DNA from: Octopus vulgaris
Lineage: Eukaryota
Length of the DNA: 64,000 nt
NCBI GenBank assembly: GCA_951406725.2
Contig: OX597818.1
Location: forward strand, 57,598,001-57,662,000
Direction of reading: 5' to 3'
Shown: in pieces, positions 1-12,931 of the stretch
Position numbering within the stretch: position 1 is the first letter of the stretch
Layout: every line of letters begins with the position of its first letter
The notes under the pieces: generated by a model
Databases searched by the model: none
Told to the model about the DNA's origin: nothing
What the model saw: only the letters and a program-made list of their open reading frames with translations
Made by a program: the position numbers and the translations under genes

Positions 1-34
1 ACTACCGTGCAATCGCATATGCTACCGTACAAGT

Positions 35-89
35 ACACACACACACACGCACACACACACACACACACATACATACGTACATACATACA

Positions 90-166
<77 letters not shown>
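35..166. repeat. Compound microsatellite (CA)n-(TACA)n-(TA)n
   Basis: Directly visible; accounts for the low-complexity ORFs at 2-253. Confidence 0.95.
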
Positions 167-171
<5 letters not shown>

Positions 172-429
172 GGTCTTTGTCCCTCATCATTGCTGCTATG
201 TCCTGTGTCTCACAGAGACCAGTGACTGCCCTTAGGGCATCAACATATATCAACCTCGGACTTCCTTATTACGTGTGCATATACATATATGTGTATGATA
301 ACCCCTGTCTCCTCTCTACATATAAGAGTTACGTGTGTATATACACACACATATATATACATATATATTATATATATATATATATATGCATATTACGTGT
401 GCATATACATATATGTGTATGATATGTAT

Positions 430-697
430 ATGATAGACACTCAGCACTTTGCTTTTTAACGAGCGACCTGCACAAATGGGTGATAACATGTATGTGACAT
501 ACATTAGCAGACTCCCTCCTTCAAATCGACGTTTTTCCGAACAGGCGCACGGTGTACCACACCTCAGGTGTCGAAGTGACTGCAGAGTAACAGGAGATGA
601 CGTGTTTTGCTCAAGAACACGATGCATTACCTGATCTAAGAACTGAAACCACCATGTCTTGATCGTGAGTGGAAGACCCTAACCAGTTGGCCATACA
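430..697 (-). mobile_element. Degraded tRNA-derived SINE
   Basis: Minus strand begins with a tRNA-like head (tggccaactggttagggtc...) followed by gtgttcttgagcaaaacac, similar to the element at 62185-62452. Confidence 0.5.
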
Positions 698-739
698 TAC
701 ACGCGAAAGTGTATGTGTGTGTATGCCATTGTTAATGTA

Positions 740-2018
740 CGAGGGGCGTTCAATAAGTAATGCCTCTGACCCACTTGCAGTTGTTTGATCTAGCTGTGCA
801 ATTATCTATATATCTATAGATTAAGTGGTAAATTACAGCTCTGAACTAATTGTGGTTTCTGATTTACAGGTGTTTGAACTGAGTCAAGTGTGAAATGAAG
901 CCTGTTGAGTGTCGGGCAGTGATCTGCTTTTTATATTTGAAAGGACGCACACCACGGGAGACTTTTGATGAAATGAAAGTAACTTATGGTGATGATGCCC
1001 CATCATATGACCTTGTAAAACGCTGGCATTGTGAATTCAAACATGGTCGGAACTCTGTGGAAACAGCTCCCAGATCTGGTCACCCCTACTGCTATTGATG
1101 AGGCATCTGTCCATCAAGTTGAGACTGCCATTTTGGAAGATCGACGCATAATTATTCGCCAAATAGCCCATGAGGTCAAGATTAGTACCGGGTCTGTAGA
1201 AACCAATCATTCATGACCATTTGCATATGCAAAAGGTGTCTGCCAGATGGATTCCCAGGTTGCTCACACCGTTCCGGAAGCAAGAATGCGTCGAGTGCTC
1301 GAGGATGAATTTGGAGATGTGCCAAGAAGATGAGTCAACATTTTTCAAAAGACTGATTACACAGGATGAAACCTGGGTCCATCACTATGATCCAGAGACA
1401 AAAGCCCAGTCAATGCAGTGGAAGCACCGTGACTCACCTCCTCCAAAGAAGGCAAGGGTGCAGCCCTCCACTAGCAAGGTCATGCTCATAGTCTTCTGGG
1501 ACCAGGACGGAGTAGTGATGACAGATTTCCTGGCAAAGGGTACCACAATTACAGGAGCCTATTATGCTTCACTTTTGATGAAATTAAGAGAAGCTATCAA
1601 AATCAAGAGGCGGGGCAAGATCAGCAAAGGCACCCTCCTCCTGCAGTACAACGCTCCGGTCCACAACTCGATGGTCGCCAGATCAGAAGCACAGGTGTGC
1701 GGCTATGAACTCCTCCCCCATGCCCCTACTCTCTTGACCTTGCACCCTCTGATTTTCACCTCTTCCCAGCCATGAAGTTGTTTTTGAAAGGAAAGCATTT
1801 CCCAGATGATGCAGCCTTGATTTCTGACGTCACGTCGTGGTTGGAGGACTAAGCTGGGGTCTTCTACAAAATCGGTCTCCAGAGCTGCATCAAACGATCG
1901 TAGAAATGCGTAACTCTGAGTGGTTTCTATGTAGAAAAAGACTAATAACTGTGCCAAGTTTCGTTGCTCTACTGCTATGGGAAGTGGGTCAGGGGCATTA
2001 CTTATTGAACGCCCCTCG
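740..2018 (+). mobile_element. Mariner (Tc1/mariner DD34D, irritans-like) transposon, full length ~1.28 kb, defective
   Basis: ~37-bp TIRs (cgaggggcgttcaataagtaatgcc(t/c)ctgacccactt) with TA on both sides (738-739, 2019-2020); transposase fragments inside. Confidence 0.97.
895..1945 (+). pseudogene. Mariner transposase pseudogene (frameshifted)
   Basis: ORF pieces 895-1098, 1031-1216 and 1221-1775 give the HTH region (RSG.P), WIPRLL and TQDETWVHHYDPETK. Second catalytic D is mutated (QYNA); YSPDLAPSDF is out of frame. Confidence 0.95.
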
Positions 2019-2823
2019 TATATATTGAAACTTCGTACACGTTTCCGTTAGACTAATGATTCCCTGGACGTTTAAAAATAGTTAACTGCATCCAGTTTTA
2101 AACACTTTCTCATGGCGATCAGAAGCAATCGTAGGACCCATGATAGGGCCTAACAACAAACAAATTGTTTTAAATTGAAGGTAATATAAGATGTTACCAG
2201 GAATCTAACACATTCGAATTCAAAGAGAAATGGAGGAGAAAATTAGGAAATTCTAATGTAGCAACGTGGGGTTAATAATAAAAGAGAATTTAATTTTAGA
2301 AATAATTTATTCCTTAAACATAATAGCCTTGTATATAAGTTCATTGGACATCTTAGAACGAATCTAGAAATTTACTGATGGTGTACACGAACTGATGGAC
2401 ACATAATACACTTATCTGAAATATATAAAATATACAGTGAAATAGCAGGAGTGGGGATCTCTGAGATGTAAAATTACCACTAGAATACAACATTCGTGCA
2501 ACAGAAACTACGAATCTAACAACAGAAAATTGGTAAGTATTAGAAAGAGCGTATTTTAATTTATAACCTTCGAGATCAATGCGTTAAAAGAAGGAAAATT
2601 TACATAAACCGTAAAGCAAAAACAACAAATAACACAGGAAAATGGAATTTGCACGTGTACTGCAAAAATGATGGAAGTACAAACTATTCCGCGGTCGATC
2701 GATAACTTCAATCTACGAATCAGTGATTTTGAACGAGATTAAAAACCAATAATGACACAAAAGATGTAGGCTAGATGAAGAAAAATAAGGTCTGAGTGAA
2801 GCCACTAAAAATAACGTATAACA

Positions 2824-3651
<828 letters not shown>

Positions 3652-3885
3652 TTTGCAACGATGAAAGATACTAAGTTCCAAATAATGAAAACTATATAAT
3701 CTCGACAATAAGATTGTCGGCTTTCTTACTTCTGGCGTCCGAGTGGTTCACGATAAAGTTGTCAGATTTAAATGCTTAACAAACACTGTATTTGGTTACA
3801 AATGGAATACAATCATATGAGCCAAGTAATACAACCAATACTAATCTAGAAATATCACCTGTAGAGTGCATCAGTGCTTAACATG

Positions 3886-4284
3886 TTTTTTGGAAGCACT
3901 CCGTCGGTTACGACGATGATGGTTCCGGTTGATCCGAATCAACGGAACAGCCTGCTCGTGAAATTAACGTGTAAGTGGCTGAGCACTCCGCAGACACGTC
4001 TACCCTTAACGTAGTTCTCGGGGATATTCAGCGTGACACAGAGAGTGACAAGGCAGGCCATTTGAAATACAGGTACAACAGAAACAGGAAGTAAGAGTGA
4101 GAGAAAGTTGTGGTGAAAGAGTACAGCAGGGATCACCACCATCCCCTGCCGGAGCCTCGTGGAGCTTTTAGGTGTTTTCGCTCAATAAACACTCACAACG
4201 CCCGGTGTGGGAATCGAAGCCGCGATCCTACGACCGCGAGTCCGCTGCCCTAACCACTGGGCCACTGGGCCATTGCGCCTCCAC
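3886..4284 (-). mobile_element. tRNA-derived SINE, family C (full length)
   Basis: Minus strand starts gtggaggcgcaatggcccagtgg...ttagggc (A box) and has a gcttcgattccc B-box-like motif; ends ...gacggagtgcttcc plus A-tail. A degraded homologue lies at ~37210-37330. Confidence 0.85.
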
Positions 4285-4325
4285 GAAAAATAGTGTAAAA
4301 TCTTAATAATAATTCTTTTTAACAA

Positions 4326-4950
4326 GGTGACGAGCTGGCAGAAACGTTAGCACGCCGGGCGAAATGCCTAGCGGTATTTCATCTGCCGCTACGTTCTGAG
4401 TTAAAATTCCGCCAAGGTCGACTTTGCCTTTTATCCTTTCGGGGTCGATTAAATAAATACCAGTTACGCACTGGGGTCGATATAATCGACTTAATCCGTT
4501 TATCTGTCCTTGTTTGTCCTCTCTGTGTTTAGCTCCTTATGGGCAGTAAAGAAATAGGCACTTCGTCTGTCTTTATGTTCTGTGTTCAAATCCCGCTGAG
4601 GTCGACTTTGCCTTTCATCCTTTCGGGGTCGATTAAATAAGTACCAGTTGCGTATAGGGGTAGATGTCATCGATTGTACTCCTCCCCCGAAAATCAAGCC
4701 CTTGTGCCTATTGTAGAAATTATTATTAAGGCGGTGAGCTGGCAGAATCGTTTGCACGCTGGGCGAAACGGCAAAGGTATTTCTCCCGTCGCTACGTTTT
4801 GAGTTCAAGTTCCGCCGAGGTAGACTTTGTCCTTCATCACTTCGATGTCGATATATTAAGTACCAGTTGAATAGTAGGGTTGATGCAATTGACCCACCTC
4901 CACCCTCTAAATCGGTGCTTTTGTGGCAAAATATGAAACCAGTATTGATT
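4326..4950 (+). mobile_element. Family B (Meta-domain) SINE cluster: dimer followed by a monomer
   Basis: Head gcgagctggcagaa, B box gagttcaaattcc, Meta-like core gcctttcatcctttcggggtcgat...aagtaccag, repeated three times. Confidence 0.9.
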
Positions 4951-5239
4951 ATGTGATGAAAACCTACAGCATATTTTGCTGGATAGGATGGAAAGTGTCG
5001 TATGTCCATAGCCAACAGACTAAGGAGACACTTGTTTACTGTACACGAAGAACCGGTAAAGTGGAAGACACAAACAGCCTTGCCATATTGGGTTCGGTAG
5101 CAAAACATTTGTTGGGTGTTCTGAAAAAAGAATATTACCAGTGACTATAAATATCCAAAGAATTACTGGAAACTCGTCTAGCAAGGGGAAAATGTTACTT
5201 TGCTTCGCCCTTTCTCTCTCTCTCTATATATGATTTAAC

Positions 5240-5415
5240 ATCTATTTTCCATACTAGTTGGATAGTTTGACAGGATTGAATGAGTTGGAGGACTGTGTTA
5301 TGTGCTAATACCTATTTTGGCATGTTTTCCACAGCTTACCTTTCCTAATGCCAACTACATTACAGTATATTGGAGGTTGTTTTTATGGCACCAGCACTAG
5401 TGAGGTCACCTTCCC
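5240..5415 (-). mobile_element. Degraded SINE/RTE-tail-like repeat fragment
   Basis: Minus-strand ttggcattaggaaagg...gctgtggaaaacatgcc resembles a common RTE-related SINE motif; heavily diverged. Confidence 0.35.
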
Positions 5416-6004
5416 GCTTACATGACTAAAAGCCTAAAAGGGCTGCTATAACTGAAGGATTCAAGAAGAGAAGGAAGAGCAATAAGTGAAACAGCTGGAA
5501 AGCGAAATACTTAGTAATACAACAAAATGATGATGAAAGGAAAGAACACCAGCAACATGACCGTTCTTCGTGTTCAACCTTAGACATACTAAAATCTATG
5601 TGATGTAGGAAAGTACTGGACATTCATTAAAATTTTGAAAAGCAATCTGTTATAAGATCTATGTCAGTTCATACACATCATTGATTGATTCTTCTTATCA
5701 CCAAAATCAACCTATTAAATTGTAGTTGATTTACACGTCTCGGTGGACCATTTCTAAATTCGTTCACCAAATCCACACGTGTTAGAAACGAAATGGACTT
5801 CAGAATGTTCTTCGATCAAAATGTAAAATAACGTAACCCTTCGCCATCGCATTCCTCCTCTTGTCATTCACATACGTCTAGAAAATACGATACACACTAC
5901 TCGCATGTTTGCAGTGCCACGTAATGTTCAACTGAATAGACAACAAATTCTGTTGAATGTCTCTAGATACTAATGCAAATTTTCTTTTTAATCTTTTCAT
6001 TTGC

Positions 6005-6402
6005 ACTAGCAGTATCACCCGGCGTTGCTCGGGTTTGTTTCGACCCTTTAGAATTGTAATTTTTGAAAAGTGCATACTTTGCCTTATGTAGCGTATTATT
6101 CTCTTTAAGTGAACATATTTCTGGTTGAAATACACCGAAAAATGGCAACACAGCAGTAAAAATATCGTAAAAAAATAGGGATTTTCATAGAAAAAAGAGC
6201 ACCTTTTTGATGGAAATAATTTTTGGTGTTAACATGGTCCAATTTGAATTTTTTCTTCTACGAAATGAAGAGCAAGCCTTTTTCTATCATACTCTCAATT
6301 TTGGTCAACTTGTACCGCAGGGTCTCGGAGGAGATAGTGCTAGTTGAAGGCTACCAAACCTGCCATACACGCACAGACAACTTCAGCTTTATATATAGAG
6401 AT
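6005..6402 (+). mobile_element. Non-autonomous Helitron/Helentron-like element (Lep1/HINE-type ends)
   Basis: 5' end actagcagtatcacccggcgttgctcgggtttgt and 3' end cagacaacttcagctttatatatagagat; the same termini occur at 47136 and 63717. Confidence 0.7.
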
Positions 6403-7303
6403 TTAGAGCGCAACCTTTAAAATGTTAATGCTATTATGATGCAGAGGCAATTGGAACGAAATGCTTGTTTACCACAACATAAGCTTTGAGCTCTTCTTTC
6501 TCATCGTTGCCAAATTTATTAAAGTAATTGACAATTCTCTTTAGTCTGGTTTCTTCACACTTCAGCAAAAAAAGAATTCAGTTGAACGCAATATTTTAAT
6601 GCAATTAAATCAACATGTGACAATGACTATACGTGTTTTAAAGTACACTTAACACACCTAGAAAGCTGTAAATATGTGATTATCACCAAACACGTATGTA
6701 ATGACGAACAAGACCTACAAATGTCAAACACTTTTCTCCAAGCAAATTATTGAAACAATTACTTCTGTCAGTATTTATAGGCTTGGTATCAAGTAATGCC
6801 ATACGTGGTAGATAGTGTGTGTCCCTGTGGGCAGTATACATTATTACTCACTGATTCACCTCAAGTAATTACTGAGTTGGAATACATATGATACTATTAG
6901 GGAATTGTAAATCTAACAGATAAAATTTTGACACAGAAATGCAATTATATCACCAATGATTAATGTCTCCGAAATACATATAAAGAGACACGCTATTAAT
7001 GAGTCTCTGTATCTTAGAAACACGTCACGTTCTCACTCTAGCATGAATGCGTTACGGGCGTAAATAAAATAGACCAATATACTTTATAACACACATATAG
7101 GCGCGCGTACGCGTATGTGTGTGTGTGTGTGTGATTGATTGTCTGAACTACCGCAGTCATCCTGTTTGGAGACGGGGAGAAAGACAGGATAAAGTTAGCC
7201 GGAAAGAAGGCAGGAAAATGTAAAAGTGGTCTGAATTGGAGCCAGATTTTTCAGTTCGTGTTAAGATATACTTCCACAGAAATAATATCTTTAAATACAC
7301 ATA

Positions 7304-7486
<183 letters not shown>

Positions 7487-7627
7487 GGATAGACCATAGT
7501 TAAGTTCCAGGTTCGGTGATTATGCGAATAAGGGGTCCAACGTAGGTCTGTGTATATATATAAAACAAATTTTCCGTAATGAGATAAAAAACCAAGGCTG
7601 TGTAGATTTTAAAACATTCATAAATAG

Positions 7628-7674
7628 GTCTTACAGCTGTTTCTAGGATATTTATTATACCCTTCATCGGAGAC
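7628..7674 (-). ncRNA. Minimal type-I hammerhead ribozyme-like motif (U4C core variant)
   Basis: Minus strand: gtct-CCGATGA-agggtat(aataa)atatcct-a-GAAAC-agct-GTA-agac. Confidence 0.6.
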
Positions 7675-8841
7675 GGTGTGAGAAGATGGTTAAGCAATAG
7701 TTAATTAAGACACGATACGAAATAGAGAGTGAGGTGGAGGAATGAAAATAGATATGAGATATGCAGGGATATTGAATTTGTAGATCCATTATTTAGGCAG
7801 AATGGTATAAGCTTTAAATACCTTATGAGTAAAATCCAATAGTATTTAAAATTGGTCATTCCAAGTACAGAGTTTATATACGGTGTCATTGAATCAAGGG
7901 TTTTATTTAAAGTGACCTAAAAGTAGGGAATGTATTAGTAAGGTCAAATCGATTTGACCGTACTAATATGGAGATATACTTAGATTGTAATTTCTGCAAT
8001 GTGGTGCATAAATTGTCAAGTAAAGGAGAGGCATATTTGCCTCCACTGATTCAGTTGCAAAGTGTAAATTTGAGTAACGTTATTTGGTTGCAGACGTCTT
8101 TAGAGTCTTTTTATTATCACTAGGTCAGAAATAGTCCCAAGATGGTAACACTGATTTCAAGGCCTTTCCAGTTACATGGTTGGTCATTCAAGGGGATTTA
8201 TAGATTGCAAATTTATTTTCATTTACCAATCTGCATAGTAATGATTGGCAAACTCCAGAGGTGACATTTTCACTTCCGATTAGCCCTCATGTCACACAGT
8301 TGTTACTATTTATTTGAGTTGGGTCACGCCCTTCCAATTGGTATAGATCCATAATGCATCTTACGGCTGAGCTGGTCACCTGTATCGTGAGAAATCCTAC
8401 ACTGGAATGTGGCAACGATTAGGGTAAGGTAACTGACTTTATTATGATCAGTCGTCTTTTGGTTTCCTCTCGCTTTGCTCTGTTTTACCAACCTAGGGAA
8501 CATTCATATATTTCTGATTTCAAAGAAATTTGAACAGTAGATATAAGACACAAGTTTTAAAAAATCCAATCAATTCAACTTTAACTCCCACATTTCAGAG
8601 CTACATTTGTTCAATTTTTCAGGTGCAAAATCCTTTGAATGGGTGTTATAAGATTTTGATTTTGGAATCAGGGTATACAGATGTGTAGTATAGGATAAAT
8701 ATGTCATGATTAGAGCTTTTGTTAGGGTGTGTAAAGAGGGAAAGAACACCCAAACACCCATTTAAATTCTTAATATACAATTTTGATGAAATTCGAATCA
8801 TAGATATTCCAATTCATTAGAATATATATATATTTATATAT

Positions 8842-9772
8842 TTATAAATTAAGGATATAATCATTAAAAGGATTATTTCAGTTGCTAGCGTATAAAAAGT
8901 GACCATATCGGTAAAATAAATTTTTAAGTATATAATTAATAAATGTAATTATAATTAAGGGCTCGGCTTTTGGAGTACAAGCGCTTAACCGCTAAAAGTA
9001 GATGTTAAATAACTACAATCCAATGTAATTTAGTTGTCTATTCAAAACCCTAGCTGGGATGCGAGGTAATGGGCGAGAAGTTTTCCAAATTTTTGAATAG
9101 TTCTATACCTCAAGGTTTCATGCTTTGCAATAGAAATTACTTTCCAATTCTCAGTTGAAACACACCGTTAAACCTATAAACAAGAAATACCCATAGATTC
9201 CAAGTCTGTTCGTAGATACCTGTATATCCATGCATTTCCCGCGTATAGATTCTAGCTGCAAGTCCACCTCGACCATATGGTTAATGTTAGAAATCATACA
9301 GGTTAAATACAGTCCTACAGTATAATGTAACGACTGTAGAACTCAAAAATTATTTGTACTTATAAATTAAGTATACAATCATTAAAATGATTATATCAGT
9401 GGCTAGCGTATAATAAGCGACCGTATCGGTAAAATACATTTTTAAGTATATAATTATAAACATGATTATAATTAAGGGCTCTGGAATACCAGGGCCTATA
9501 CGCTAAAAGGTAGATGTCAAATACCTACAATCCACACTAAATAATTTCTCTAATTGTAAAACAATTTCTATTGCAGAGAATGAAATTTTAAGATATAGAA
9601 TTATCTGAAATTTTGTAAATCTTCTTGTCCATTACATCACATTTGACCTAGGGTTGTAAATAGAGAACTAATTTAGAGTGGATCGTAGGTATTTGACTTC
9701 TACGTTTTGCGTATAGGCGCTGGCATTCTAGAGCCCTTAATTCTAATTATATTTTGTAATTATATACTTAAA
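8842..9772. repeat. Local repeat trio: direct copies 8842-9022 and 9360-9534, inverted partial copy 9671-9772
   Basis: ttataaattaag...gctagcgtata...gaccatatcggtaaaata...aattaagggctc...tacaatcca occurs twice; reverse complement of its 3' half at 9671-9772. Confidence 0.85.
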
Positions 9773-9887
9773 GATAAATATATACATATATACATATATA
9801 TTTTATATATAATTTTTTTTCTTTCACAATGAGATAAAAAAACCAAGTCTGTGAAGATTTATATATAGATCTTACATTTATATATAG

Positions 9888-9935
9888 ATCTTACAGCTGT
9901 TTCCAGGATATTTATTATATCCTTTCATCGGAGAC
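9888..9935 (-). ncRNA. Minimal type-I hammerhead ribozyme-like motif (second pLTR copy)
   Basis: Minus strand: gtct-CCGATGA-a-aggatat(aataa)atatcct-g-GAAAC-agct-GTA-agat. Confidence 0.6.
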
Positions 9936-10197
9936 GGTTTGAGAAAATGATTAAGCAATAGTTCATTTAGATAAGATGCGAAATAGAGAGTGAAGTGGAG
10001 GAACGAAAATAGATATGGGATATGCATTTGTAGATCCATCATTTAGGCAGAATGGTGTACATATAAGATTCCAATGCCTTGTGAGTAAAATCCAATAGTA
10101 TTTAAAATTGGGCATTCCAAGTATACAGTTTGTATACTGCTATTGATTTATGGTATTACCTTAGGTTTCCCGGCCATAAAGGTTTAGCCTTATGGCA

Positions 10198-10316
10198 TAT
10201 CGTCAGATCCCAAAAACTTGTTAGCTTATGTCCTCTTAAAAATATAGAAAGGAATGCCTTCCCCCTCCACATTTTTAAGAGATTATGAGCGAACAGGTTT
10301 TTGAGATCTGACGATA
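10198..10316. repeat. Imperfect inverted repeat, ~50-bp arms
   Basis: tatcgtcagatcccaaaaacttgttagc...ctcttaaaaat pairs with atttttaagag...gcgaacaggtttttgagatctgacgata. Confidence 0.85.
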
Positions 10317-10423
10317 CGCTATAAATCTAGATATTGTATGGAAGGGAAATCTAAGATAATCCCATAAATCGGCTTTCCTCACATTTAATACATACATACG
10401 CACATACATACATATACATATAT

Positions 10424-10512
<89 letters not shown>

Positions 10513-10525
10513 TATATATAAGACT

Positions 10526-10751
10526 GCGAGATGGCAGAAACGTTAGCACGCCGGGCGAAATGCTTTGCGGTATTTCGTCTGCCGTTACGTTCTGAGTTCC
10601 AATTCCGCCGAGGTCGACTTTGCCTTTCATCCCTTCTGGGTCGATAAATTAAGTACCAGTAACGCACTGGGGTCGATGTAATCGACTTAATCCCTTTGTC
10701 TGTCCTTGTTTGTCCCCTCTGTGTTTAGCCCCTTGTGGGTAATAAAGAAAC
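10526..10751 (+). mobile_element. Family B (Meta-domain) SINE monomer
   Basis: Near-consensus head, core and tail (...gccccttgtgggtaataaagaaa). Confidence 0.92.
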
Positions 10752-11914
10752 ATATATATATATATATATGTGTACATGTATATCAAGTTGAGTAAAAAGT
10801 ATGTAACGTTTTGAACCATGTAGAATTTGTACCGGATTTTTGCAGAGTTTTGAATGTTTTTAAAAATGTTTTTGCAATTGTCTGATAATACAGTTATAGA
10901 CTTGCCCAAAGGCATCAATGCATGAACATCTTTTCTCCGTTGTTACAATCCAATCATCTGAAATTGAACTATGAAAGCGCGATGTTCGAGCAACAGCGAA
11001 TGAGTAACGCGGAACTATAAATGTTAAAATGAAATGAATGATATTACGTATAAAAATAAGAAACTTATGACGAAATATAAACGGAGATTTTATATAGACA
11101 TATATACATATGAATGTAAAAAATAGTTTCGGAAGTCAATGAAATGACAGAATCGTTTCAAATCTGAAATAATGGAAGTGTTTTCTCTACAAGTTTTTTC
11201 ACCGAACTATTTTAACTAATCGATTTTTAAAGAGAGAACATTCCAATTTATTATATTTTCTGATAATATTTGATATATTAAGATGCAATATTTCTTCACG
11301 TGGGATAATTTACAATTTCTTAACTACAACTATATATGTCTATACAACAATACATCTAAAAAAAAATTGCCCAAACTAACTATTATTTTATGAATTTATT
11401 TTACAATTTTATGTTACATATATTTCACTATTCCTTTTTTAAAATAACTCTTACAGAACTTCAATTTTCTTCAATATTTTCAAATTTCATTTCAAAAGTT
11501 TTCTACTATATTTTTGGATTTCACTTTGTTTCTATATTTTCAAGTAAATCTTTTTTACACATTTCTCCATCATTCCAACTACTTTTCTGCAAAAAACATA
11601 AGATAACAGATCTCTTTCGTTACGAATTTCAGGTTATATGGTAGATCGGCGTTAAGACTTATAAAATGCAGTGTTTAATAATCATAAAATTTTACTCTGG
11701 TGTCTGTGTCCAATAATTTATTCGTCTTTTTATATTTTTAAATATATACAATAAATTCTATTTTATGCTCACAAACACGCAATCACGTACAGATAGGCAT
11801 GTACAAATTCACAGACGAAGCTAAGGGTTGTTATATTCCACAAAATACCTCGATCGACAAATGCCTTGCGAGTGAATTTAGAAGACGGAAGCCATATGGA
11901 GGCCCGTCTTATAT

Positions 11915-11974
<60 letters not shown>

Positions 11975-11978
<4 letters not shown>

Positions 11979-12170
11979 GGAGAGTTCACAAAAAAATACA
12001 AAAGACAAAGACAGGTGGTGTACAAAACAAACAGATGTATTAGTATAACGCTCAGGAATAGGAAAAGTCTTTTACATTTCGAGCCTACGCTCTTCTACAG
12101 AAAGGGACACATAAAAAAACAAGGAGAGAAAAAAATGTGTGTGTAGTTGCTAATGATCTATCATGGCGTA
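11975..12170 (-). mobile_element. Short TA-flanked repeat (PLE-terminus-like) with degenerate hammerhead-like motif at 12069-12104
   Basis: Minus: cttt-ctgtaga-a-gagc(gtag)gctc-gaaat-gta-aaag; homologous copy on + at ~35790-35910. Confidence 0.55.
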
Positions 12171-12853
12171 GTGTGCATTTAAACACAAAGAGGCGAGCCT
12201 GTAAACAGGTTGCATAACATACTAGAAAGAACAGTCAAAAAGTCCAAACCACAGTTAAGAGCAATTTCGAAGGAATGAAAAATAAAAAAAAAACATTTAC
12301 CACGTTTTACAGCCGGACCTCAGGTTTCCAACTATAATTAGCAAATAAAATAATTCGCAAGGCGAAGTCCTCATCAGTAGATATGCCAAAACTTTAGCAT
12401 ATAAATTAGAGACCAAATAACACGTGTCTCATTCTTACATTTTATGATATTTCAAGTCCTCCGCGCAAGCGCAGATTCAATCGGTAGCAAAAAAAATTCC
12501 GATTAAACTTCAGAAATTGCTAAAATCATTTCTTAAAATGGTTATTGGGTAGGAATAAGTTATGGAAATTTTTTCTACCAGTGGCCTAGTATGTATACAA
12601 TGTCAATAGACATAATTTTCACACGCACACACACACACACACATATATATGGGGAAGGTTTAGTGTGTGTGTTTGTGTACTACGACCACTTGAAAACGGA
12701 ATTTAGGTTCCACCGCAACCTAGATGTTCGGCTGAAGAGATGGACAGAATATACAGAGGGACCGATTTGATTCACTGAACTCTTCCAGGCCGCACCCCTT
12801 AACACGGTCATAGTCTAATGACTGAAGCATGTAAAAGACAATAGTCACACACA

Positions 12854-12927
<74 letters not shown>

Positions 12928-12931
12928 CAAA

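Larger units (their letters stand above)
7560..10140 (-). mobile_element. Decayed Penelope-like retroelement with direct terminal repeats (pLTR-like ~7560-7880 and ~9820-10140)
   Basis: ~300-bp direct repeat pair, each carrying a hammerhead-like motif. The internal minus-strand ORF 8570-8761 contains SYTTHLYTLIP, resembling the PLE RT motif (F/Y)DVxSLYTNIP. Confidence 0.6.

Noticed and set aside
895-1945. SETMAR or GTF2IRD2 host-gene calls for the mariner and hAT ORFs
   Set aside because: TIR/TSD-bounded, frameshifted transposon copies with no SET or GTF2I domains.
4200-4284. tRNA gene candidates at SINE heads
   Set aside because: A/B boxes run directly into SINE bodies; no complete cloverleaf could be supported.
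4500-5108. 202-aa ORF and recurring 'RNWYLIYRPRKDERQSRPRRNLNS' peptides
   Set aside because: Antisense translation of family B SINE copies, not a protein family.
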